NCBI GenBank assembly: GCA_016748015.1
Contig: JAAOMT010000071.1
Coordinates: 124,001 to 188,000 of the forward strand
Direction: 5' to 3'
Source: Geosiphon pyriformis uo1
Lineage: Eukaryota > Fungi > Glomeromycota
DNA: 64,000 nt
A program made the translations under genes and the position numbers. Below the pieces are notes generated by a model. It was not told where the DNA came from, made no database searches, and saw nothing but the letters and a program-made list of their open reading frames with translations. How positions within the stretch are numbered: position 1 is the stretch's first letter; each line of letters opens with the position of its first letter. Of the stretch, positions 27,690-41,600 are shown piece after piece.

Positions 27690-27883
27690 AAAAAATCTAA
27701 AGGTAAAGGAATAGTTTATACTATAAACAAAAAATAATACATTAGTATAATTCTATGTCTTATATTAATATTTTTAAAATTCAATATTAAATATTAATTG
27801 TATTTTTTAGTAAATATTTATTCAAATACTTTACAAAAACTAACAATTATACAAATAAAATAATAATAATAATAATAATAATA
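27690..27883. repeat. Dispersed AT-rich repeat, copy 3, ending in (AAT)n
   Basis: Aligns with 11020-11170 and 7590-7710; (aat)n at 27859-27883. Confidence 0.65.
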
Positions 27884-30762
27884 TAATTTTTGATTTATTT
27901 GCGAAATACAAAAGTTTTTGGTTTATTAAATTTTAAATAAAAATTTTTTGTTTTAAGTCCAATTTTTTCAAATTAATAATTTTTTTTAAATTCAGATCAA
28001 AGATAATCTCATAACTAGTTGTAACTGGGTTACAATCATTTTTTTTTATAAAGAGGTGTAAATTTTGTCTTTTGTTGCAATCAGTTGTAAATTTTAAAAA
28101 ACCCTAAAAAAATTATTTTTAATTCAGATCAATAATAATTTTTAATATTATGCTGAAAAAACTACAATTATTTTGGGTTGACAAATATAATTACTTTTTA
28201 AAACGTGAATTATTATACTTTATTTCTGTTTCATACTTTTAAACATATTAGCCCCTTTTTTCATCATTCTATTTTAGGTTTAATTTTTTTTTTGATACAA
28301 GATAATTAAAAATTGAAGTGAAAAACTGATTTTCAAATTTTAAAATCTCAAGATGAAAAATTTATCTTTAATAATGCTTAGTAATATCCGTAATTTTTAA
28401 CCTTGAATTTCTATATATAATCAAAGTTTCAGATCCGATAATTTATAAATATAACTTTTTATGTAAACTTTTTAACGTAACTGAAAAAATAGAACGAGAG
28501 TAATTAATTCATTTGATATTCAAAAGTTCAACACAAGTATTCAAAAAAAAAAAAAAAAAAAAAAAAAAAGGGAAATTTTCAATCTTCTATATCTTTTCTA
28601 GTTTTCCAAAAGCATGAACAATGTTTTAAGAAAGAAATATGATAAAATTGTCCATTTTTCCCTAGTTTTACAAAAGAATACTTTTTCCCTGAAATTATTT
28701 TTGGATCACAAAATTTTTGGGGTAATCATCCGAACAATTTCATCAGTCATGATTTAAGTTATATTGTTGTCAATTTGACCACAACGTCGGTTTAAAGTTT
28801 GAAAGACCTCAAAAACCAGTTATTATAGCAATTGTTTCTCTAAGGCAATAAGCTCAACATTCCTATTGGTACACATGACTATTTCGTATCATGTAGATGG
28901 CATGATCATGCATCATACACATAGCAACCTTACCCACTTGAAGATCATTCTTTTTTTAGAATTAAATTAAAATTTTTTACCATCTACGTGTAACTAAAGA
29001 AAATGTCACTATAATGTAAAAGACTGTGCTTTGATAATTAAAGGGGGGATACTTTGCCAAAAATTTCTAAAAATAAAATATATTTTTATATGCATCATAT
29101 TACAAATAATTCTCATGTGGTTTTGAATTTCAAAGAATCTAAAGTTTTTTTTATCTAATGAATCGGCCAATGTTATTAAATTCCCATCTATCCATCCAAT
29201 CCAACCCATCCATCATCTATCCATAATTTTTAATAACGAAATCCATTGTTTTCTTATTCATCGGGTTTATTTTTAATGATATAACAGAGAAAAATTAATT
29301 ATTAATTGAGAAAAACATTCTTTTTTTATTTTTTCGTTATTTATCAATTATTATATATATATTTTTGTGTTCTTAAAAATTTAAAGAAAGAGTTTTTAAT
29401 GATTGAAACAGAACGGCTAGACCTTTATTAAAATTTTGAGTCATCTAATTATTAAAAAAAAAAACCTTTAAATCGATTGATTAACTCTGAACCTTCTTTA
29501 ACTTATGTAACATAAAAATGAATCTTGTCAAAAAAAAAAAAACAAGGTTTCTCAACTTTAATTTTTTTCTTCAAACAAAAATTTCCATTTTGACCCCTAC
29601 TTATTTATGTGTCTGGGTGTACAATTAGTTCACCAAAAGAAATCATTTCTAATTTTTATTTTTGGTAAAGATTTTAAATAGGCGTGCAGTTTGGATAATC
29701 ATCATTTCAGAAAGAAATGTCTGCAAATTTTTTTTTTCAGAAAAAAATAACTTATTTCAAACGTTTCTACTTTGAATTAAAATTGGATTTATCTTTTCAT
29801 AAATTATAATTTTTCTGAAATTTTTTATATTATTTTTTTGAATCACTTTGAAAAAAAAAAATTATAAAGATAATAAGTTTGATTCCAATGCGATCAACTC
29901 CTTAAAGAAAAATTTTGTACTCAATTAATAAATATATCAGCATAGAAAAATCAGGATATTTCGTGTATTTCCTTATTTTTTTTGCATAAATATTAAAGTT
30001 ACACATTTGAAACTTTGTAACATAATGCTTTGATTAACCATTGTTAAATAAAAGAAATAACATTACACACTAATAATCGATTTTTAGGCTTTTTGCTGAT
30101 TACGAAGTGCTTTTCCTAAAAAAGTAAACAAAAACCTATCATTACCAAATTAATTTAATTAAAATTCGGCTTAAATGTCGGTTCATGTAATTAATTTCAT
30201 GAAAAATATAATTATTATTGTTAAAGATTTAATAATTGTTCCTAACATTTTTCAAGTCTCATTCTATGAATTTTAAATGAAAAATTACTTGGCTTCCAAA
30301 TTATTTAATTTTATAATGACAATCAAAGAGAGCATAATCCTAATCGAAACTTGTTCAATTTGTTCCCTGAAAATCATAAATATTGTCATTAGATTGAACG
30401 ACTATTATAATTTTAAAAAAATAAAAAAATTTGTTCACAAATATCACCACATACAATGCATCACGCGTAGAAGTTCTTTAACATTGTTCCATATGTTGTG
30501 AAAGAATGCTTTAATAATAACATAATTTTTATACTCCTGAAATTTTCCTTTAAAGTTCAGACTAAAAAGTACATTTTTGTAAAATTTCACAAATTTGAAA
30601 TTAAAACGAAACTCTTATATTCGTGTTCATATTTTCTCATAAATTATTTTTGCTTTTTCAGAAATTTTTATAAATACTTGACCAAAGTAAAATCTACTTT
30701 AGCCAAAATCTTTTTTTTTTCTTTCACGTGGTTGAGAAATACCTAAATAAAAATTTTCAAAG

Positions 30763-32396
30763 ATGATGATAAATGACCCCCTCATTCGGTTGATGTATGG
30801 AAGCTTCGTATACGGATTATGGGCAATGGTGAGTCGAATGAACAAAAAACCACCCTAACCCCCCCCCCCAAAAAATAAATAAATAAATAAATAAATAAAT
30901 AAATTTATTAGTCTATAAATGAAATTGAAATCCAAATTTTTTAAAGTTTAATAACAAAAATTTTTTAAACTCCCTTACCAATTTACCCAAACTTTTAGGC
31001 GTCTTTTAACAATCTCATCGTCTCCATATTTCTGTACACTTCTCGTAATACAACTATTTCGAATCTCCTCAAGATAATATTCAACTTTGCCTGCTTATCA
31101 CGAGCACTGGTCGCGGCCGGTTTTGAAATGATGCCATTTAAGGGAATACCACAAGCTACTTGTGATTCTAATCGATGGCTTGCCAACCTCACACAAATTG
31201 CTTTCAGATTAACATTGTCGAGTTTTTTGCTATATCGGTTGAGGCAAATTGAACATAAACGTCGTGATACTATTGTTGGTCTCACGTTATTCTTTTTCAC
31301 TGCCCTTTTTCAGGTAATTTTGATATTCATCAATTGCTGACGTTTTACTTTTGACTTGATCACTTTTAAAAATGATAATCTTAAATGACTTAATATATTT
31401 TCTTATTATTATTATTATTATTATTATTATTAGTTCATTCATATGGCTACTTATGGAACAATTAAGGTCGTTATTGATCCTAAATCAAAATTGGAAAATT
31501 GTCAGTTCACCCAAAATCCCATTTCCAAATGGTTTCAATGGACCTATATCGCTTTCGATTGGGCTATTGACCTTTATGTAACTTATCGTCTTGTGAGAAT
31601 TTTACAAAAAGCCAATAAGAATGCCAAAGACTGTCCAGCAAATATGCGTCGACCAAATAAACGTAGTTTATTCACCGCAGTAATGTATTGGAACTTTTTA
31701 CGAGTATTTTTGGCTTTGGGCTATAATATAATGTCAGCCTACGAAACGGCAACCATTGATCATCAAATTGCTCATTATGACCCTTCAGTGATGCGGGGCT
31801 TTTCTAGTTTTATTTATATCTGTCTTTCCTACGTGATAACTACTGACGCAGAAATAGTGAGAGTAATTCAAGGTCCAAAGTCAAATGGTGGAGGAGGAAA
31901 AGGTGCAGTAAAAGGTGGAAATAGCACAATGGGTGGGAAAGTAAGTTTTGGAAAATCACTTCAGTCAACAAGTTCCACCGATACAAAATCTTATCTAGAG
32001 TATACAACTTCATTTGATGAATCAAAAAATCGTGCAATAAATTCAGCCTCCAAAGAACCACATACTCAAAGGCTTGATTCAAATACTACAGTTATTACAT
32101 CAATGAAAAGAGCTTCTTTTTTTGAATGGGCAAAGAGTGTCGTTGGAAAACGTTCATCATCAGAAAACGTAAACCAAAAATTTCAAAAAAAACATGATAC
32201 AGAAGATTCACTTGAAGAAATTATTCGACAAGAGGAAAATGAAAAAAATGATCCAGAACTTGGTCTTGTTACTGAATCTCCATTTAACGATCATGAAGAA
32301 ACTCCAAAACGAATAAGTTCTGTAAGTGCCGTCACCGCAAATACTGACTCTACTATGAACGATATCAAATCAGAATCAATTGGCAACGCTATTTAA
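30763..32396 (+). CDS. Host gene, 3 exons (30763-30828, 30999-31313, 31434-32396), 447-aa seven-transmembrane GPCR-like protein with a long Ser/Glu-rich cytoplasmic tail
   Basis: GT-AG introns at 30829-30998 and 31314-31433, both phase 0, give an uninterrupted frame MMINDPL...WAM|ASFNN...ALFQ|FIHMATY...GNAI*. Seven hydrophobic segments; Cys before TM3 (ATCDSN) and in loop 4-5 (LENCQF). Normal CpG content. Confidence 0.85.
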
Positions 32397-35300
32397 ATTT
32401 AATAAGTTACTATCTTATAAATAATAATTTTGTATTTTAAAACTACTTTTCTTTTTCAAATTTAATTTTACCGCGAAAATTTTTTGTATCAATATATTTA
32501 TATATTTATATATACCCTAATCTTTTCATTCTTCGAATAACTTTCTAAAGAAAACAACATTTTACCCCTTTTGTAAATCTCTTTGAAAATCACATATCAT
32601 CATCACAATTTGTCTTTTTCGAAAAAAAACAATTTCTAACAGATAATAAACATTCTAAATCATCTCACATCTGAGAATTCCAATATTAGAGCAATTATCA
32701 TCACTTTTGATAAATTTGATTTTATTTTTTTTTTTAATTTTTTTTTTTGCATTTCGACCCAAGAAAAAATTGCGTTAAATTATCCTCTAACCTTGTTATT
32801 CTAAATAAGATACATAAAAAGTACAATTAGTGAGTGGTTTTATGTGCTTTGGATTTTAATTGGTTGAATTTCAACTATTGAACCGATTGTAAATTTTGGT
32901 TAAAGTTACGATACTTGTGAAGAAATTTTGGAGCTTCTCGCTTAATCCAGATATCCTGGGAGATAATGGATCAACTTTCTATTTTAAGAAAAATAGCTAT
33001 CGGATCGTTCGTTATCTAGATAACTTTTCCGATCTTACAATTAACGGGTTTTGGAAAACTAGGCCCCCGTTAAAAACGTGTTATCATATCTTTTTTTATG
33101 ATGTAATAATTAAATTATATAATTTCAAATAAAAATTTATTATACTGTTTTTTTTTTGAAAACTGACAATATGTGATAAAATATAATTACACAATTAAAT
33201 TTATTTTATTTGAATTAAGTAATCAATATTAATTTAAATAATTATTCAAAATTTAAATTTAATATAGTTTTAATATTTTTTTTATTTATTATTTAAAATT
33301 ATTTTAATAAATTTTTATACTGTTTAAACTAAAGAGTTTAAAGTTTTTACTTAAAAAAAAATTTTTTTGAAAGCAAAATAAAAAAAATAAAAACATTGTT
33401 ATAAATTAATACTTTTTCTGTTTTGTATTTTTATAATTACATTCAAAACAAAGAATAAAAAAAAAGCAATCATTATTATTTTTATAATTTCTGCTAATAC
33501 AAATTCTTTAAAAGTTTTTTTTACAGTAAAAACACCCAAATAGTACTTTACTAAAGTGCTTTTTTTTTAAGTAAAAAAAAATCAAAATAATTTTTAGCTG
33601 CTAAAAAAGCACTATTTTTAAAATAATAAAAGCAGTATTTCTTTTAGTAAATATAAAACTTTAATTTTTTAATTTTTTAATGTTTTGAATGTTTTTACCA
33701 ATTTTATAGTACTAGTACTAATTATAATATTTGATTCTTTTTTGGTTATAATCAACAATTATATTTCTATTTTGAATAATAAGAATAATAATAACATGTT
33801 TGTTAAATTTAATTTAAATTGGCAATTGGTTATATTGTTTAATATTATAGATTTTAGTTATTTTTAAAAACCGAACAAATTATCTATTAACACATAATTA
33901 TATACAATTATATTATTAAATTACTTAATGATTAAAAAAATTAAAATTAAAACACTTTTTTTATAATATACAAACATGATTAAATACAATAATTAAATAT
34001 GTAATATTTTAAATTAAATAATATTAAAATAAAGCAATAATGTTTTTAATATATTTAAAGTTAATAATTTCTTCTTTAATACTTATTTATTTTTTTGGTT
34101 AAATTAAAACACAAAGTTGAATTAAATTATTATATTAAATAATACTTTAATAATAATATTTAAGTTAGTTTTATAATTGTATCTATATTATTATTTTAAG
34201 TCAGAACAAATAACAATTTATTTTTAAAATTATTTGTTATTAAAATTTAATATTTTTTAAAATTAATTAATATTAACTGTTGTTTTAAAATATTTAGAAA
34301 TATAAATACTTAAATACTTTAATATATTAATATTAATTAATATCTATAATTAAAACTTTAACAAAATAATAATTTTTAATAAACATTTTTTTTTAGTTTT
34401 ATTAATCAAAATAAGTAAACTAATACATTTTTAATTTAATGATTCAAGTTAAAAAATAATACTATTTTAAATTAATTTATTTTTTAAAATTTAAAAAGAA
34501 AAATAATTTTTAAAACTTTATTCTTAATAATTGTAATTAATAGTTTAATCAATATTTATAAATAAATTTTTGGTTTTTATTACTTTAAAAAATACAGTAT
34601 TATAAAAATATTATTATTATATAATTATATAAAATCTTAAATTTAATTAATTTATATATTTTTTACATATAATTAAATATAATTTATGTTAATTTTAAAA
34701 AAAATCTTACTTTAAAAATATTTTATATATAAAAACAATTAATATATTACTATTTATAATTATATTATTTATCTGTTTTAACAGTTTTAATTTATATTTA
34801 ACTTAATATTAAATAATTAATATTAAAAAAATATTATTATTTAAGCAAATATATTTTTATTAATATTAATATTAAAAATATTTATATTATTATTTTAATT
34901 TTATACTTTTTTTAAGTTTAATAAATTTTTTATTTAAAATACCCAAAATTTTTTCAAAAACAAAAACTTTATTTTGTATAGTATTGCATAATTTTTTTAA
35001 TTTTAGACAAAACAAAAATTATTAATTAATTTTATTATCAATAAAACCAAAATATTAATAAACTTAATAATAAACTTAATTAATAAAGTTAAATTAATTA
35101 ATTTAAATTCTAAAAAAAACCAATTTAAAACCAACCACATAATTAATAACAATAATAATAATAAAAATAATCAATAAAACAACAATAAAAAAATTAAAAA
35201 AGCAGAAATCTTAGCCTAAAAATTAATACTAATAAATAAAATTCAAAAATTTTAAAACTAATTATGAGTTGTAAATAAAAACTTAAAAAATAAAAATAAA

Positions 35301-35827
35301 AATATTTTATTATTCAAGCCAAATAATTTAAATCTTAATATTTAAAACAGAATTAATAACTAAAAGTTTTTTATTAAATATAATATTTTTTAAAGTGCTA
35401 ATTTTAATAATTATAGTATTTAGATTTTTTTAAGAATTAAAAAAACAATTATATATTTTAACTACTTAAGAATATTAAAAAACAAAAAATAAACAAATAT
35501 AACTATAAATTTAAAAAAACAAATTATTAATTTAAAAAAACAAATTATTAATTTTAAAAATAATATAGTTAAAAATTGATTTTATAAAAAATAATAATTT
35601 TTTTTATTAATTAAAAAATTTTCACATTATTTTAATTATTAAAATTAATTAAAAATTAAAAACAGTAATAATTATATTAAAAAACTTAAATATATTATTA
35701 AATATTAGTAAGTTTTAATATTATACAAAAAATTTTATTAAAAATACAGAAAATATTTTTAATATTAGCAATAAAAATATTTTTATATATATTTTATAAA
35801 ATAATAATAAATAAGAAAGCATTATAA

Positions 35828-36557
35828 TTTTTTTTTATTAATACATTTAATAAGCAAAGCCCAACTACTATCTAATACATAGAACCAAACTAAGTGGCTT
35901 AAACTAAATACAATTCATGTATTTTCTACATGTGGCTAGTCATTCAGGCCAGACAAGGCAACACTACACTCCTATGTTAACATGGGAACTACTATCCAAA
36001 CTAGAAAAAAAAAGACAAGGCCTACGATGACCAAAGCTAACAGCAAAAAATTCTAATACACCAAGAAATCTGACTATACCATCTAATAATACAGACTTTG
36101 CATAACATAAAAGACTTGACAACACACTACTATTATCAATTAAACCAGCTTTTTTTATATGCATCCTAAACTCAGACTTCATTAACCACATTCTAAAGTG
36201 ATATAGCTTAACCAACCACTTAGCCAAATCAACAACAAAGTTAACAGCTTTTCCCTTCTTATTAAAGACCCCAACAGTTTCCTTATACCAATTTTTTAGC
36301 ATGAAACTCTTACATATTACTGAATACAAGCCAACATCTGACTGACAAAGATCAAACACCCAAAAACTATGGAGAAAGACGAGCAACAAACACCAACCAA
36401 AAAAGCCGAGAATGCAGAAGCATTAGATAAAACCTTCCTTCAAATGTCAACATCCTGAGCACAAATAAAGACATGATCTGGCAATTTTACCTCACCATAT
36501 AACAAACAAAGCACACCAGGATACTTATTATTATATAGCTTCTTATAGATGGCAACA
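35828..36557 (-). mobile_element. 5'-truncated LINE (ORF2 C-terminus, 3' UTR and poly(A))
   Basis: Poly(T) at 35828-35836, 3' UTR at 35837-35963, ORF 35964-36389 homologous to the ORF2 C-terminus, and a zinc-finger remnant near 36470-36520. Confidence 0.9.
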
Positions 36558-36909
36558 TATTATAACTAATACTTATTTAATAATATTAGTTGAAACTATT
36601 TGTAAATTTTTGTTAAAATATTATTAAATTATATTTTAAATATATATAATAGATTTAATGTTTTTTGTAATAATAACTTTTTTGTTTTAAAAGATATTAT
36701 TACTTTATTGTCAATTTTTATTATTAGATTAATGATAAAAAATGCTTTAAAAAAAATTATGAATTATAATTAGTTCTATAAAATATGCATAAAACTTATA
36801 ACTTAATAAAATAACTTTATTTATTGAATAGTTTACAAAAAAATTAAAATATGTTTTAGATTTATTAAGTTTTTTGATAATATTTATAATAACAAAAATA
36901 GTATTATTA

Positions 36910-37750
36910 ATTATTTCTTAATATTGCTTTAATTTTAAATAAATAATTATAAAAATATTTATATAAAATTAAATATTTATTATTTAAACAAAACAAAATA
37001 AACTAGTTTTTTCTTTTTTGTAAAAATCTCTTACATGAAAATTTTTGTTTAATTTTTAAACATAAAACAAATTAATTAAATATCTTTATACTAATATTTT
37101 ATTGTATTTTAAAAAAATTGAAAAGATATTTTATCAATAAAAACTGTTTTTTTTAATCATCATTAAGATATTTTTTAACCTATTTTATATGTTTTTACTT
37201 AAGTTTTTTAATCAATATTAGAATTGTTTTATAAAAATTCTTTTATAATTAAAATTGAATAAATAGTTTTGAATAATAATATGAAAAACATTTGTTTTTT
37301 TAGCCAATTTTATTGCTAAATATCTAAATAAAATCAAAAAAAACTTTACAAATAATTTGTCTTAATACTTTTAAAAAAATTCTTATAATTTTTTTTGGTT
37401 AATTATTATTATTCACATGTTTTATTATTTTTTTTTTTGAGTTTTTTAAGAATATTATAGATTATAAAAAAGAATATATTTATTTTATTCTATATTTTTT
37501 TTGTTTTTTGTATTTCTTGTTTTCAAAAATATAATATAACTTGCCATTGTATTTTTTGTTTTAAAGTTGGCATTTTAAAAACAAATTTTAAAAAAAACTA
37601 TTAATTAATATATAAAATAATATTTTTAGAGCTCAATTATTTATTTAATATTCTGTTTCTATTTTTACTATTATAAAACTTACCAAAAATAATTAAACTA
37701 AATACAATCTTAATAAATTCATATTTTTTCAATTTTTTCTTATTAAATTA
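36910..37750 (-). mobile_element. Truncated, decayed second copy of Tc1 family 2
   Basis: Reverse complement aligns with 24499-25310 (TIR, aaatgccaact..aaaacaa.aaatacaatggcaagt). Confidence 0.85.
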
Positions 37751-38620
37751 TAGCTATAAAATTTATAATAATTTGTATTAAAATAAAGTTTTTTCTTTTT
37801 TATTATAACAAATTTTTTATAATTTTCTTTGTATAAAGTTAAGAAGTATAAACAATTTATTAATTATTATATAAACCTCAAATTAATATTTAAAATAGAC
37901 AGAATTAAAAACCAAATTGGTTTTATATTGTATTTAACAGTTAAAGTTTTTGTTAATAATACTATTTGGATTGAAAACAATTATGTTATAACACAATATA
38001 TTCTTAATATTATTTGTAAATTTTTTGAGATTAATAATATATTTATTACTATTAACAAAATTATAATTATTGCTTTTTTGTTTATTAGTATATTACTTAT
38101 TATAATTGTTAAAAAAAAGACATTATATTATTATTTGAACATTTTTCTGTTTATTGATGGGTTTTTTATGTCTAGTTTATTTAAAATTTATTCTAATATT
38201 AAATTTTTTGTTAATATAGTTTTGAAGAAAACTATTTCTAATAAACAGTTTTTTTATTTAATTTTAATTATGTTCTAATTTATTAATAATTACAAATTTT
38301 AGTTTATTTTTATTTTTAAAAGTATATACAAAAATAAGATAAAATAATTTATAAAAACTTAAAAACAAAACAAATCTTTTTAAAAACTTTCTAAATAAAA
38401 CTTTATATTATTTTTTTTATATAATTTTAAGTTATATAAGCAAATTTAAATTATAGATTTTTGGTTAAGCCACAAAATAATTTTGCAGTATTTTTGTTAA
38501 GTTAAAAGTCAGTTTAATTAATAATTTTTTTGCTAATATAGTTAAATTATATTAAATTATAATATATTATTAATAAATATTCTTTTTTTAGCTTTTTCTA
38601 ATTTAAAAAAAGAAAAAAAA

Positions 38621-41600
38621 AATCTTCTTTTTGTCAATCTCCCAACCATGATGAGAACAAAAAAAATTTTTTTTTCTTGAAGCCATAGTCTTTTTTTTCT
38701 CCTTTTTCTTTGTTTTTATCAGCTATTTTTTCAAATGTATCTATATTTGTTGCGATGAAGCCAGCAAGCACGTCTACTGATGGGTCTGGTACTGGTTTGA
38801 CTGGTTTGGGAACCTGTTTGAGTGCAAAAAAAAACCATATGAATAGTGTCTATTTTCATGGTGCATCTCATAAGAAGCCAAAGAGGCCTGTTGTTGATGA
38901 TACAGTCGACTTGTCTGCTGGTCCTTTTAGTGTAGGTAATCTTGTCAGCACTGGTGTTAAACCTGTAATGTCTTGGGGTAGTGAAGTGAACAGTGTTGCA
39001 TGCAGTGCTAGTGGTCTTTCCAATGTTGAGAACATAAAGAACATAATAGTAAAAAAAACAAGTTATGTAAATTCTGACACTTCATTCAAATATGAAAATA
39101 TGGACAACACTACTCCCAAGAAGACTCAAACCCATACTTACATGTTGGGCCATCCGCCAAAACAGTCTTTGTTTGATTGTATAAGTGATGATGATGGTGT
39201 TTTGGAGCTTCTTCCATGCAAAAAAACTGGATCTAATCAGATGCCACTGTCTAAGTTATATGCTCTGGTTATGTGTAGTTTTAATTCGACCAAATTTTTT
39301 GCACTTGATATTGAGCTTTCTGTGGTGCCTGGTAAATCTATTAATGATAAGTTAATTTCAATAAAAAAGATCTTTTATAGAGTGAATAATTTTGGGGATG
39401 CTTCCACTCTCTCAAAATTTCCAGAGATCATCAGATCTTCATTTACTTTTGAATTTAGCATGAATAGGGCAAAAAAATTGACAATCCATAAGAAAATTGT
39501 GGTGAATGATAATTTTAGAAAGGTTAGCAGCCATTTGGATAAGAAAATCATTGTCAAGGAAATTCCAGTCAATCTTTCCAAATCGGCTGTAAAATCTGTT
39601 TTTTCTAAGTTTGAAAAGATTGTATCAATCAAGATGCAGCTAATTGGTCTGTGGCAAAAAGCTTTGGTGGAGTTTGAGTCATCTGAAATAGCTGATTTGG
39701 TCATGGCTAGATGATCTGTCTTCATGGAAAAAGATTCTGTTCATGTGACAAAAGCCATTGATGATAAACAGTCATGAGTTTTTAAAGATCTACACCAGGC
39801 ATTACTTTATACTCTTCCAGTTGATATTATGGCACATGATCTTTCTGATTTGTTGGAGTTATATGGTGGGAAAACTTGTTTTATTGGCTGTAATCTGAGT
39901 TTTTATGCATGTGATAGATATATAATTGTGTGTTTTGCTAATGAAACATCCAAATTGGCTGCTATTGGTTTTACTCTGATGTTTAAGAGTGTAAATTTGT
40001 GCTGGACTGGTCTTTCTTTGGCTTGTTGTGCCAACTGTAAACAATTTGGTCATGTTTTTGATATGTGTTCAGCTGGTGAGAACTCTGGAGTTTATCATAA
40101 GCGAATAGTGTTTTTTCAGAATCAGGTTTGTCTGGCTAACATTTATAAAAAAAAGCAGACTCCAGTTGCTCACTCAGTTTCTTTTGGTAAGAAAACTTGG
40201 GCCCAAATTGCAGATGGTTCTCCTTTTTATATGGCATTGTCAGTTCCTTTTGGTGTTGATTCACTTTTAGGTGCAAAACTCTTGGTGATTGTCTCCAACT
40301 CTCTTAATGATTCTGATTTGGCTGACCATATGACTTCTTTGGAGTGCTCTGTAGAGCTTTTGTTGGATCAAATCTCTGAAATTTTGAGGAAATTAAGCTT
40401 TGTGGAATTGGTGCTGTTGTTATCTCCATTTTGTGCCCCTCCTAATTATTACCTCTTTTTCAAATTCAGCTCTGGATTTGGATATGGTTGTGGATAATGT
40501 GGTAATGTCTCCTTTTTCTTCTCCTCCGGTAACTGGTAATGCTGGCTCTGAACTAAGTTTAAGCAGTTTAAAGATTCTTACCACCAAAGTGAGTGGTTTG
40601 GAATTGAAGATGATGGCTCTGGAAGTTTCAATCAGCTTTGGTATTGACAAAGTTGAACTCTTTGTGTTCTAGTTTGGGTTTGTTAGCTCCTCTTCCTTCT
40701 CAATGAATGATTTTGTTTGGAGAGTTGCTACCTGTAACATTAGAGGAATAAACAATCCTGCAAAACAAAAAGATATTATTTGTTGGCATAAGGATATGAA
40801 CAATTTGATTTTTATTGTTACTGAAACTAAGTTGAAAGACAAAATCCATCTTTAGATTATAAATAAGTTTAGTAGTGTTTGGGTCTTCACTTCTGAGTTG
40901 GATTCTGGTCATATGGGCTCTGGTGTTGCAATTATCATGAACATTTTTCTGGTGCAACATGTGTGCAAAGTTTCTGAGATGCCTGGTCAGCTTCTGTCTA
41001 TTAAGCTGCTCTTTAAGAATAAACTTTCCGTGTTAATTTTGGGGCTATACATTGGTGCTTCTTCAGTGGTTCGGTTCTCTCAGACTGGTAAAATCAACTC
41101 ATTCATTGCTAAAACCGTAAATAAAGTGTTTTTTGTTGTTCTTGGTAGAGATTTCAATGAAGACAGTGTGCATAAATGTGCTAGTTTTAAAAGATGTCTT
41201 GATCTGGGGCTGGTCAATTCTCTGCTTGGTAGTCCAGTAGTAAAAGTTTTCACATGGGAGAATTTGAGGGGTGTGAAAAAGACAATTGATTACATATTGG
41301 TTTCTTCTAATTTGGTCAATATAGTTTTAAAACACAGTGTTGTGGATGTTAGTGAGTACTTTAACACTAATTACTAAGCCATTTCTGTGATAGTAGGTTT
41401 GAGTGGTTTGCTGGATGTGTAGTTGAACTCTCTTTATAAGCAGGCTAATAAGGATTGTTGAAAGTTTGATTTCAAGAATGCTGGTAACAATAAGTGAAAA
41501 AAATTTGAAAATGCCACGCTGGCCAATGCTGAGATGTTTTCTGATAAATTTACTACTGCTGTCAAGTTCTCAGATCTGGATGCCATGTGGGATGTTTTAT

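Noticed and set aside
29009-33867. Short ORFs around the host gene (29009, 30277, 30498, 30995, 31840, 32896, 33685)
   Set aside because: No motifs, AT-biased composition, or antisense shadows of the real exons.
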